Shown piece after piece: positions 35,936 through 45,195 of a stretch of 64,000 bases of DNA. Position 1 is the first letter of the stretch. Each line of letters starts with the position of its first letter. Source of the stretch: an uncultured bacterium (GTDB lineage: Bacteria; Eisenbacteria; RBG-16-71-46; CAZAMP01); NCBI GenBank assembly GCA_964486455.1, contig CAZAMP010000002.1, positions 118,722 through 182,721 of the forward strand. Reading direction: 5' to 3'. Position numbers and translations under genes: made by a program. The notes beneath the pieces are model-generated. The model had not been told where the DNA came from and searched no databases. It saw nothing but the letters and a program-made list of their open reading frames with translations.

Positions 35936-38152
35936 ATGAGAAGGATCTTGCTCGTCGCTTGCCTTGTCTTGCCCGTCATCGGTGCGGGAGCCAACGCGGC
36001 CGATACGTTGCGCGTGGCGATTTCGACGGTCGACACACTGGGTGTGCCGATACCGACACGTGTTCAGGTCATCGATTCGTTCGGCGCAACCCAACCCGGG
36101 GAACCGAACGACAGTTTGCTCAGTCACGGCAGCCTGGGCGGCTACTTCTACTCCCCGGGCTTGGTCGGGCTGGACGTTCCCCAAGGTATGACGCTGATCA
36201 CGGCCGGCCGCGGATTCGAGTGGAGCGCGTCGCAGACCGCCGTAGATGTCCAGCGGGACACCCTCATCACGGTCGTTCTCACGAAGCCGTTTGACATGCG
36301 TTCCCGGGGCTGGATCTGCGGTGACACGCACGCACACACGGCTCACTGGCCGTCCGACTACACGATCGCTCCCGCCGATGCCCATCTCATCGCCCGGGCC
36401 GAAGATCTCGCGATCATGTGGTGCCTGGATCAGGAGCTCGAGTTCACCGGCGGGCCCCACGAGGTGAGCGACGATGAAGCGGTTCTGTACTATTCCACCG
36501 AGTGGCGGAATCAGGCGTACGGCCATGTCTCGTTGCTGGGGTTGAAAGAGGACATGGGCACCGGGTGCTGTCAGGCTCCCCATCCCGCCGTGCCCACGCT
36601 CTCCGATCTCCATGACGATTGGGCACCCGTCGCCGGAGAAGGGATCGTGCTCTCTCACCCACATTCGACGGATGACTTCTTCGGGGATGACGGCTGGCCC
36701 GCCTGGGGACTCGGGCGCGAGCTTCCCGTGTTGGCGGCGAGCGGGCGTTTAGGCGCTCTGGATCTTCTGGCCTACACGAACGTGCCGGACATCCACGTCG
36801 TGGATTGGTACGGCCTCCTCAATACCGGGTTGAATGTGCCGATATCCGCCGGAACCGACGCCATCATGAACATGTACTGGTCCCGTCCACCGGGAGGGTA
36901 TCGCGTCTATGTGAAGACGTCCGGGGCGCTCGACGTCACCGAATGGGTGGAAGCGCTCAAAGGCTGTCGGTCTTTCGTCAGCAACTATCCACTCATCCCC
37001 GAGTTCTCCGTGAACGGCTTCTTCGCAGGGGACACGCTGATAGCCGCCGGACCGCAGATTGATCTGGATGTGGCGTTTCGCGTGGAGTGCACGCTTCCGC
37101 TGAACTGGGCGGGGATCGTAGTAAACGGAGCGGTCGCCGAGTCCTTTCCGCTGGAAGACGTCGGTGACGGCACGATCGCCGACGTCATGGCGGCCGTTCA
37201 GATCACGCAGAGCGCGTGGATCGCGGTCAAGGTGTGGGGAACGACCGACCATCCTCACGCGGTCAATCCCACCCTCCTCGCGCACTCGGCGCCCGTATAC
37301 GTTCACCTCGACAGCATGCCGGTTTCCCGAACGCTTGATGCCGGAAGGATGCTCGACTGGATCGCCGATCTCGAGACGTTCGTGGAGAACCGGGGCAACT
37401 GGGATTCCGATGAAGATCGCACCCGCGTTCTCGGGCAGTTCGACGAGGGCGCCCTCCATTACCGGTCGCTTTTCGTGATCCCGCCCGGCGCGTTCGAGTT
37501 GATCCAGCCCGCCGACGGGGACAGCGCCGACGTGGGCGGGTGGGTATTCTTCGACTGGTCCGACGCGTCGGACCCCGAGTCGGGCGATCACGTCACGTAT
37601 CATCTCTCCATTTCGCCGGACTCGGCGTTCACGCCCGGAATGCAAGGCGCACTCGAGTATCTCTTGGACGAGAGTGAGAAGCGTGTGTGGGGTGTGCTCT
37701 TCGAACCGGGGGAGATCTACTGGTGGAGGGTCCTGGCGAAGGATCGCGGGGGAAACCAGGTGTCATCCACGCCGGACAATTGCTGGTTCAGATTGTACGG
37801 CACGCCCTCGGTGGCGGACGGTCCCGAATCATCCAAAGAGCTGCGGCTGGCGGTCTGGCCCAACCCGGCGTCGGGATCGCTCCTGTTTCGGGTCGACGGC
37901 GAGCCGAGCGGTCCCCTCCGAGTCGAGGTCTTCGACGTCCACGGTCGACGGCTCGCGGAGAGTTCACGTCCCGGCGACCGGGGAGCCGCGATCCGGTGGT
38001 CCGGAGCCGACACCTTCGTGTGGAACGGCCGCGACGGACAGGGGAGGCCCGCCCCGAGCGGACGGTATTGGGTAACGGTTTCAACGGAGGATGGTCGATC
38101 GGGTGGGTACGTCGACCGGCGCGTCATCGCGTCCGCAACGCTGATCCGTTGA
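35936..38152 (+). CDS. PHP/CehA-McbA-like metallohydrolase with T9SS-type C-terminal domain
   Basis: Signal peptide MRRILLVACLVLPVIGAGANA with RBS GGAGG upstream. The motif ICGDTHAHTAH is PHP-like. Tail: VWPNPASGSLLF...LRVEVFDVHGRRL...WNGRDGQGRPAPSGRYWV. Confidence 0.7.
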   Translation: MRRILLVACLVLPVIGAGANAADTLRVAISTVDTLGVPIPTRVQVIDSFGATQPGEPNDSLLSHGSLGGYFYSPGLVGLDVPQGMTLITAGRGFEWSASQTAVDVQRDTLITVVLTKPFDMRSRGWICGDTHAHTAHWPSDYTIAPADAHLIARAEDLAIMWCLDQELEFTGGPHEVSDDEAVLYYSTEWRNQAYGHVSLLGLKEDMGTGCCQAPHPAVPTLSDLHDDWAPVAGEGIVLSHPHSTDDFFGDDGWPAWGLGRELPVLAASGRLGALDLLAYTNVPDIHVVDWYGLLNTGLNVPISAGTDAIMNMYWSRPPGGYRVYVKTSGALDVTEWVEALKGCRSFVSNYPLIPEFSVNGFFAGDTLIAAGPQIDLDVAFRVECTLPLNWAGIVVNGAVAESFPLEDVGDGTIADVMAAVQITQSAWIAVKVWGTTDHPHAVNPTLLAHSAPVYVHLDSMPVSRTLDAGRMLDWIADLETFVENRGNWDSDEDRTRVLGQFDEGALHYRSLFVIPPGAFELIQPADGDSADVGGWVFFDWSDASDPESGDHVTYHLSISPDSAFTPGMQGALEYLLDESEKRVWGVLFEPGEIYWWRVLAKDRGGNQVSSTPDNCWFRLYGTPSVADGPESSKELRLAVWPNPASGSLLFRVDGEPSGPLRVEVFDVHGRRLAESSRPGDRGAAIRWSGADTFVWNGRDGQGRPAPSGRYWVTVSTEDGRSGGYVDRRVIASATLIR

Positions 38153-38197
38153 GGATGGACCGGCTTCTGCGGTGGCGTGAAGTGACCGATTCGTCGG

Positions 38198-40588
38198 CTA
38201 GTTCAGATAGCCGAGCGCGCGAAGGCGTTCCACGATCTCCTTCTTGATCTCTTCCCCGCCGCCGCCGTGGCGCGCGATCGCCTGCAGGTCCGGATCGAAT
38301 TCGTGCGGTCCGTACGACGCAACACTCGCGGGCGCGCTCGCCTCGAGGAACTCGGAGTGAAGCGCCTCTTCGATCACGCGGCCCGGAAGCTCGTCGGATA
38401 TCGGTACGCCCAGGAGCCGAAGAACGGTCGGCGTGATGTCGATGTCCTCCGCGTCCGTGAGCCGGATCCCCGACCGAACCGGCGTCCCGTGCAGCATGAA
38501 CACGGCCTGCGCGTAGCCCGCCATCTTCCCGCCGCGCCGGTGGCCCCCGAACGTCGGGTGAAGCTTGAACACCGCCGTCATCGGAATGACACGGTCGCCC
38601 ACATCGATCCGCTGGGTGAGCGGCTCGAGCGCGTCGCGGAGGGTCGCGGCCTTCCCGTATCGAACCTGGACGTCCAGATCGGTGATGGCTTTGACGGACG
38701 TGAACACCGGTCCGCCCGTGTCGGCATCGCGCACCGCGGAGAGATCCGCGATGAGCGCGGGCCGCAGACCCGGATCGGCAGCACGCATGATGCTCGTGCC
38801 GGCGGCGGTGGGTATCCCCGGGTCGGATGCCCGCGAGGCGTCCGCATCGACCGCCCCGCTCTCACCGCGCACCAGCCACCCCAGCTCCTGCAAGAGCGCA
38901 TCGACGTCGAGCGACACTCCGTCGGTGCGGACCTCGCCTCCCGGATTGGGGTAGAAGCCGTGATCGGAGATGACGCAGAGCACCCGACCGGACGCGAGGA
39001 TCTCGCCGACGAAACGATCCAGCTCACGATATCCCGCGTGAATGAGGCCCGTGATCGCGTCGCGTGACCCCGGCGGGATGTCGATCCAGGGAAACATGTC
39101 AGGACGCAAGAACGGAAGAAGGTAGTGCTTCAGGGTGTCCGGTTGCCGGAACTTCAGGATCACCAGGTCGAGGTCGTCGCTGTCGGTCCACACGCGTCGC
39201 GCCACTCGGATCTCGTTCATCCAGTGGCGCCATTGCTTGTCCGTTTCCTCGAGGTAGAACGTGGCGGTCGGATCTCCCGTCGCCCCCGCATCATCGCCCG
39301 ATGTTGCCGAGTCGTGAACCGGTTCGAACATCTCGGCGAGCTCCGCCGGGAAGCGATTCGGTTCGAGCAGCATCTCGTCCAGCTCGTCGCTCAGGCGCGG
39401 CGGGTAGACCGCCGCCTCGCGCTGGCCACGTAAGAAGCGGTCGGAGATGTGATAGCCCGATACCGGCTCGGCGGGCCAGCTCATGTCCACGCCGAACTGT
39501 CCCGACCGCAAACCGAAATCCTCGGCGATCTGCCAGAGTCGTTTGTGTCGGATGTGCGTGGCATTGAGAAGCGAAAGCTCCTCGGCAACGGGGTAGATCC
39601 AGTCGTTGTAGCGCTGCCGGGCGAAGCGAATCGGTGAGACGAGGATTCGCTCGAGAGGTGAATCGGCCGAGTCGATGAACGGCTGTGAGAACACGCGGCT
39701 CATGATGTCGTCGACCCGTCGCCGGCGGATGAGATCGCCGCGATCGTCCACGTGTCCGGAGAAATCCACGATACCGTGCTCCGTGTGCTCGACGCCGGAA
39801 AAGAGTGTGGCCCAAGACGGCGGCGTGAAGGGAAACCGAATGAACAGGTCCGCGCTCACGCCTTCCGTGGCGACCCGCGATAGGTTTGGCAGAACGCCCG
39901 CGTCCATGAGCTCTCGGAGAACGATCCAGTCGGCGCCGTCGATCCCGAGGATGACGACGTCGTTCGTCGACTCATCGAGCGGAATCGGCGGGACGTCGAC
40001 GGCGGCGGGTTCGGGAACCGGGTCCGGCCAGGCAGCGAACGCGGTGAGCGCAAGCACGCAGCAGAGTGTCGCCGGAAAACGAACGCGATCGAACGTGGCG
40101 CTCTTCCCGCGCGGAGGCAGGAACTCGATGGCCAGCGTGATGACGGCGACCCCGGCGAACGCAGCCACGAAGCCGGTCACGAAGCGCATGTCGGTCCTCA
40201 CGGCGTCGGCGAGCCTGGGGGAGAGGAGCATCAACGCGAACACGATCGTCATGAAGAGCGCGGACACGCGAGCGGCCACGCCGAGGCGTGGCCGCCGGCC
40301 GAGGTGCGGCTTCATGACGGCGGTCACCGCCGCGGCGACGACTCCGAGGGCCGCGAGCACGAATGCGTAGCCGGATGTGACGGCAAAGACGGCCTGGGCG
40401 AGCGATCGACTCGCGTGGCTGCCCGAGACGACGGCCGTCCCGACGAAACAGCCGAGCACCAGGAGTAGTGTGAACAAGCCCGCCGCGGTGATAATGAGGG
40501 CGAGACAGACGAATGCCAGCAAGCCATCACCCCGGGAGGGGCCACGATCATGCCGCGACTCTAACGACGAACTCTCTGAACGAGACAT
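38198..40588 (-). CDS. membrane-anchored alkaline-phosphatase-superfamily protein (type I phosphodiesterase/nucleotide pyrophosphatase-like)
   Basis: N-terminal ~190 aa with several hydrophobic helices. Then VVILGIDGADW...LPNL...PFTPPSWATLFSGV.HTEHGI and VLCVISDHGF. ATG 40588; TTG 40621 is possible. Confidence 0.8.
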   Translation of the reverse strand: MSRSESSSLESRHDRGPSRGDGLLAFVCLALIITAAGLFTLLLVLGCFVGTAVVSGSHASRSLAQAVFAVTSGYAFVLAALGVVAAAVTAVMKPHLGRRPRLGVAARVSALFMTIVFALMLLSPRLADAVRTDMRFVTGFVAAFAGVAVITLAIEFLPPRGKSATFDRVRFPATLCCVLALTAFAAWPDPVPEPAAVDVPPIPLDESTNDVVILGIDGADWIVLRELMDAGVLPNLSRVATEGVSADLFIRFPFTPPSWATLFSGVEHTEHGIVDFSGHVDDRGDLIRRRRVDDIMSRVFSQPFIDSADSPLERILVSPIRFARQRYNDWIYPVAEELSLLNATHIRHKRLWQIAEDFGLRSGQFGVDMSWPAEPVSGYHISDRFLRGQREAAVYPPRLSDELDEMLLEPNRFPAELAEMFEPVHDSATSGDDAGATGDPTATFYLEETDKQWRHWMNEIRVARRVWTDSDDLDLVILKFRQPDTLKHYLLPFLRPDMFPWIDIPPGSRDAITGLIHAGYRELDRFVGEILASGRVLCVISDHGFYPNPGGEVRTDGVSLDVDALLQELGWLVRGESGAVDADASRASDPGIPTAAGTSIMRAADPGLRPALIADLSAVRDADTGGPVFTSVKAITDLDVQVRYGKAATLRDALEPLTQRIDVGDRVIPMTAVFKLHPTFGGHRRGGKMAGYAQAVFMLHGTPVRSGIRLTDAEDIDITPTVLRLLGVPISDELPGRVIEEALHSEFLEASAPASVASYGPHEFDPDLQAIARHGGGGEEIKKEIVERLRALGYLN

Positions 40589-40664
40589 CACGTGGGTCTC
40601 ACGGTGCGCGGGTTGAAACAAATACTCGTTTCATGCGCTCGGCAGTCTAGCACGTCACGAGGCG

Positions 40665-42185
40665 TCAGTGCGTGGCCCAATCCGGCATCGTCGCGAGATC
40701 GATGTCGAAGACGGTCCGCGCCAGCCACCACGTGGCGGCCGTCACCACGATCACGCCGATCAGATTGAGCCACACGCCCACGCGTGCCATGTCCACGATG
40801 CGCAGGCGATTGGTGCCGAAGATGATAGCGTTCGGCGGCGTCGCGACGGGCAGCATGAAGGCCAGTGAGCAGCTGAGTGTGGCCGGCACCATGATGAGAA
40901 GCGGATTGACGCGAATGCTCACCGCCAGCCCGGCCAGGATGGGCAGCAACATCTCGGCGGTCGCCGTGTTGGACGTGAGCTCGGTGAGAAACGTCGCCAG
41001 GAGGCATACGACCGCGATGATGACGATCGGATGAAACGCCTGGGCACCTTGCAGCTGTTCTCCGAACCACGTCGACAGCCCGGATTCGATGAATCCGCTC
41101 GCCAGCGCGAACCCGCCGCCGAAGAGGAGCACGATGTTCCACGGCAATCGTCGGGCCGTTGGCCAGTCGAGGATGCGTCCGCTCGAGCCGCTCCGGGCGG
41201 GCATCATGAAGAGGAGCATCGCCAGCGCGATCGCGACCGTGCCGTCGTTCAAGTAGCCCGGTTGCTCGAAGAGCCGCGCCCAGCCGGGAATCGTGATGGT
41301 CCCCAACCGAAGGTCCGACCGCGAAAGCCACAGCAGCACGAGCGCCGTGAAAACGGCGAGAACCACCTTCTCCTCGAATCGCATGGGACCCAGCGCGGCA
41401 TGCTGTTCGCGGATGACGTTTCGTGGCAGCACCACCCCGCGTCTCCGTAGAAAGACGAGCGAGAGGAGGAGCCACACGCACACGAGTAGGACGATCGAGA
41501 TCGGCAGGCCATACTGGAACCATGTGGAGAAGCCGATCGTCGGCGCGGCCGGAAAGCTGATCTCGAAGATCCGCGCGAAGGAAAGATTGGGAGGCGTGCC
41601 GACCAGCGTGGCGATGCCGCCCAACGTCGCACCGTAGGCAACGCCGAGAAGCAGTGCGGTGTCCATGCCGTGCTCACCGTCGGTGGATTCCTCCAGGCCT
41701 TTGAGCACCGCGATCACGATGGGCACCATCATCATGGTGGTGGCCGTGTTCGAAATCCACATCGAAAGAAACGCGCTCGCCACCATGAACCCGAATAGCA
41801 ATCGGCGCGGTTGAGTGCCGAACAGAAGGAGCACTCGGAGCGCGATGCGGCGATGGAGTTCCCATCTCTCCATCGCGAGCGCGACGAGAAACCCACCGAT
41901 GAACAAGAAAATCACATGATTGAAATAGGTCGGGGCTACGGCCTTGCCGTTCATGATTCCGAGTGTGGGGAACAGGACAATGGGGATGAGCGCGGTCACG
42001 GCGAGCGGCAGCGCTTCGCCGATCCACCAGATCGCCATGAGTAGCGCCACCGCGGCCGTGCGCGTGACCTCCGGTTTTCCGGGCGCGAGATCGCCGAAGA
42101 GCAGAAGCGCCAGGGCCAGCACAGGACCCAGAACCAACGCGACGCGGCTCATGCCCGTCGGCTGGGCCGATACATCATTCTTCAT
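40665..42185 (-). CDS. DASS/SLC13-family anion (di/tricarboxylate or sulfate):Na+ symporter
   Basis: Polytopic, 506 aa. LLMAIWWIGEALPLAVTALIPIVLFP and two SNTAT motifs (WISNTATTMMM, ELTSNTATAEM) are typical of the family. Confidence 0.9.
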   Translation of the reverse strand: MKNDVSAQPTGMSRVALVLGPVLALALLLFGDLAPGKPEVTRTAAVALLMAIWWIGEALPLAVTALIPIVLFPTLGIMNGKAVAPTYFNHVIFLFIGGFLVALAMERWELHRRIALRVLLLFGTQPRRLLFGFMVASAFLSMWISNTATTMMMVPIVIAVLKGLEESTDGEHGMDTALLLGVAYGATLGGIATLVGTPPNLSFARIFEISFPAAPTIGFSTWFQYGLPISIVLLVCVWLLLSLVFLRRRGVVLPRNVIREQHAALGPMRFEEKVVLAVFTALVLLWLSRSDLRLGTITIPGWARLFEQPGYLNDGTVAIALAMLLFMMPARSGSSGRILDWPTARRLPWNIVLLFGGGFALASGFIESGLSTWFGEQLQGAQAFHPIVIIAVVCLLATFLTELTSNTATAEMLLPILAGLAVSIRVNPLLIMVPATLSCSLAFMLPVATPPNAIIFGTNRLRIVDMARVGVWLNLIGVIVVTAATWWLARTVFDIDLATMPDWATH

Positions 42186-42224
42186 CGTCGAGGTCCCATC
42201 TCACGAGACTCTCTCTCTCATCCG

Positions 42225-44348
42225 TCATGGTGCGAGAGGACGGAAGCGAATCGCTTGACCGCCCCCGGCCGCGAGCTCGATGCGGAGCACGCTCTCGGCG
42301 CTCACGCGCTCGCGCGTGATACGGATCGCCGTCGGATTGTCTTGATGACTTGCGCCCGGAGCATCGGCGTAGATCGACGCCACATAGTCGATGTCCGGCT
42401 CGAGGAAGTTGAGGCTGACGTCGAATGTCCGCGGATGCTCATCGGTGATGCTTCCCAGAAACCACTCGTCGCCGTCCCGCTCCCGTCGCGCGATCGTGAC
42501 GTAGTCGCCGATGGCGGCAGTGAGCACCCGCGTTTCGTGCCAGTCGACCGGTACGGACTGAATGAATCCGAACGCGGGGTTCCCCTCGTAGTTCTCCGGG
42601 AGATCGGTCACCATCTGGAGCGGGCTGTAGATGATCACGTAGAGCGCGAGCTGCTTGGCCACCGTCGTGTGAACTCGGTTGTCCGGTTTGTACGGTTCGA
42701 TGAGGACATCCATGATGCCGGGCGTGAAGTCCATCGGACCGGCCAGTAGACGCGTGAAGGGGAGGATTGTGGTGTGTTCGGGCGGGTTCCCCTCGCTCCA
42801 AGCATTGTACTCCTGCCCGCGCGCGCCTTCCCGGGTCATCATGTTGGGCCAGGTACGCCGGATGCCCGTGTCCTTGATCGGTTCGTGCACGTTCACCATG
42901 ATTCCGTAGCGTGCCGCGAGCTCCAGCGCCTTGCGGAAGTGCCGGACCATGTATTGACCGTGTTGCCACTCCTTGGCGATCACCTTCCCGGACGCGTCAT
43001 AGCGTCGGATGCCCTGGCCGTGATTGACGTACCCGGTCTTCACCGCCGTGATCCCGAGGCGCTGACACTGAGCGAACGCGGCTTCCATGCGCTCCTCGAA
43101 GCCGTGAACGTCACCGCCCGTCTCCAAGTGCCCGATCAGGGTGACGCCTTTCTCGCGGGCATAGCGCGCCAGCTCTTCAAGATCGTAGTCCGGGGTGGGG
43201 GTCGTGTAGTCGAAGACCCCTTCGTTCAGCCATCCCTGGTCCCATCCGACGTTCCATCCTTCCACGAGCACACCGCTCAAGCCGTTCGTGGCCGCGAAGT
43301 CGATGTACCGCTTCGTATTCTCCGTCGTGGCGCCGTGTCTGGGACCGGTCGTCCAGGTCTCCTTGCCGATATGAAGCGACCACCAGATGCCGGCATATTT
43401 GCCAGGTGCAATCCATGACACATCTTCGAGTTGGGACGGCTCATTGAGATTGAGGATGAGGCTCGACTCGATGAGATCCGCCGGAGCCTCGCCGATCTGA
43501 ATCGTTCGCCAGGAGGTATTGAATGGTGTCGACGCCTTCACCTTCGTTCCATCCGACCATGGGACCAGGTCGCACTCGAGCACGGATCCCGGCTCGGGAA
43601 CCAGCGTCATCGATGCGTAGTCGGTGAGCGCGGCTTCGTGGATGCTGACGACGAGTCCGTCCTCGGTCTCGAGGGTGAGCGGCGTGTGGACGGCGCGAAC
43701 GAGCGGGTTCGCGGCCAGTGCGCTGAGGCGTGTCCGTTCGCAGAGATACTCGTAGCGATTCCCGGCGTACGCGGGGATCCACCAGGCGGCAGGATCACCG
43801 GCAAAGACGAATTCGGTCATTTCGTCGAGGATGACGAAGTCGCCCAGACCCTCCTGTACCGGCCAGCCGAACCGAAAGCCGAGGCCGTCGTCGAACACTC
43901 GGGCGGTGATGGCCATGCGTCGGCCGGGTGGGTCCGTCTCCATGAGCTCTACGGTGAGCTCGCCATACGGTGCGTAGATCTCCCGGCGCTCACCCCACGG
44001 CAAGACCCAATCTTCAACGGCTGTTCTCGTGTAGCTTTCCGTGACCCGAAACCTACGGTCGAGCGGCGCAGCATCTTGGAGCGCAAAGCCCAATCGCGAG
44101 CGATCGATGACGACGGTTCCGTCGTGGAGGACACGATAGTAGGGGATGCCATCGGGGTCGAGTGTGAGCTCGAACACGATGCGGTCGTTCGGAGACGCGA
44201 CTCGATGGGCTTCGTCGCTGTTGCGCGCGGCTACCGCGCCGACACGCGACACGGCGAGAACGATGAGCAAACCGAAGATGCCCGGCCGACGAAACCGGGC
44301 GGCAAACGGATTGTCGGGCACGGCGTGCGCCTCCCTCCATGGATTCAC
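42225..44348 (-). CDS. glycoside hydrolase family 97 (alpha-glucosidase-like)
   Basis: Length of 707 aa and GH97-like blocks: ...YRVLHDGTVVIDRSRLGF, KYAGIWWSLHIGKETW, NTKRYIDFAATNGLSGVLVEGWN.GWD, HEPIKDTGIRRTWPNMMTREGARGQEYNAW. Signal-like N-terminus. Confidence 0.85.
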   Translation of the reverse strand: MNPWREAHAVPDNPFAARFRRPGIFGLLIVLAVSRVGAVAARNSDEAHRVASPNDRIVFELTLDPDGIPYYRVLHDGTVVIDRSRLGFALQDAAPLDRRFRVTESYTRTAVEDWVLPWGERREIYAPYGELTVELMETDPPGRRMAITARVFDDGLGFRFGWPVQEGLGDFVILDEMTEFVFAGDPAAWWIPAYAGNRYEYLCERTRLSALAANPLVRAVHTPLTLETEDGLVVSIHEAALTDYASMTLVPEPGSVLECDLVPWSDGTKVKASTPFNTSWRTIQIGEAPADLIESSLILNLNEPSQLEDVSWIAPGKYAGIWWSLHIGKETWTTGPRHGATTENTKRYIDFAATNGLSGVLVEGWNVGWDQGWLNEGVFDYTTPTPDYDLEELARYAREKGVTLIGHLETGGDVHGFEERMEAAFAQCQRLGITAVKTGYVNHGQGIRRYDASGKVIAKEWQHGQYMVRHFRKALELAARYGIMVNVHEPIKDTGIRRTWPNMMTREGARGQEYNAWSEGNPPEHTTILPFTRLLAGPMDFTPGIMDVLIEPYKPDNRVHTTVAKQLALYVIIYSPLQMVTDLPENYEGNPAFGFIQSVPVDWHETRVLTAAIGDYVTIARRERDGDEWFLGSITDEHPRTFDVSLNFLEPDIDYVASIYADAPGASHQDNPTAIRITRERVSAESVLRIELAAGGGQAIRFRPLAP

Positions 44349-44502
44349 CTACTCTAGCGGCGGCCGGCGCTGCTGGCAACGACACATGGTTTTCGCGCGC
44401 GCGGATGATCCGCTATAGTCACGGGCACAATGCCCGCGACCCGTGTGACCGTCTTCGCGATTCGCGGTTTATTCCCTCAGTCACTGACATGGGTGGCCGT
44501 GC

Positions 44503-45192
44503 ATGATGTGCCCACGTTCATCGAGAGCTCTCGCACTCATCCTCGCACTGCTCGTCGCGGGAACCGCTTCATCTGTCTTCGCCACCGAGGTAACGTTTCG
44601 ATTCGCACCTCCCACGGTGGCTGAGACGGTGACCGTGGCCGGCACATTCAACGACTGGAACTCGTTTGCCGCGCTCATGCGCGGCACCAACGAAAACGGC
44701 GTCTGGGAAATCACTCTCGAGCTATCCCCCGGAACGCATCAGTACAAGTACGTCGTGGATGGTTCGAGCTGGCTCACGGACGAAAGCGCGGACGAATTCG
44801 CCGAAGATGGGTTCGGCGGGCGAAACTCCGTGCTGCGCGTCGGAACGGAGCCGATGAGCGTCGGGGTACAAGGCGGGAGTGAGGACACCGAAATCGGTAC
44901 GGAGGTGACGTTCCGATATCGGCCTGGCGACGAGGATGTGAACGCGGTGTCGGTGGCGGGATCGTTCAACGAGTGGGACGCGGCGGCGCACCCGCTGAGC
45001 GATGCGGATGGTGACGGCATCTGGGAGGCCGTGCTGCGGCTCGCGCCGGGGGACCACGCCTACCAGTTCGTGATTGACGGTGACCGGTGGGTTGGTGACG
45101 ACTCCGCGCCCAAGCACGAGGATGACGGCTTCGGAGGCCGGAACGCTCTCCTCACTGTTGATGTGGATCCCGTCGTCGTCGAAGGGGGATAG
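44503..45192 (+). CDS. exported protein with two tandem CBM48/AMPK-beta-GBD-like (E-set) carbohydrate-binding modules
   Basis: Signal peptide ...LALILALLVAGTASSVFA. Two repeats: VTFRF....V.VAG(T/S)FN(D/E)W......(M/L)......G.WE..L.L.PG.H.Y(K/Q)(Y/F)V(V/I)DG..W..D......EDGFGGRN(S/A).L.V. Confidence 0.8.
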   Translation: MMCPRSSRALALILALLVAGTASSVFATEVTFRFAPPTVAETVTVAGTFNDWNSFAALMRGTNENGVWEITLELSPGTHQYKYVVDGSSWLTDESADEFAEDGFGGRNSVLRVGTEPMSVGVQGGSEDTEIGTEVTFRYRPGDEDVNAVSVAGSFNEWDAAAHPLSDADGDGIWEAVLRLAPGDHAYQFVIDGDRWVGDDSAPKHEDDGFGGRNALLTVDVDPVVVEGG

Positions 45193-45195
45193 ATA

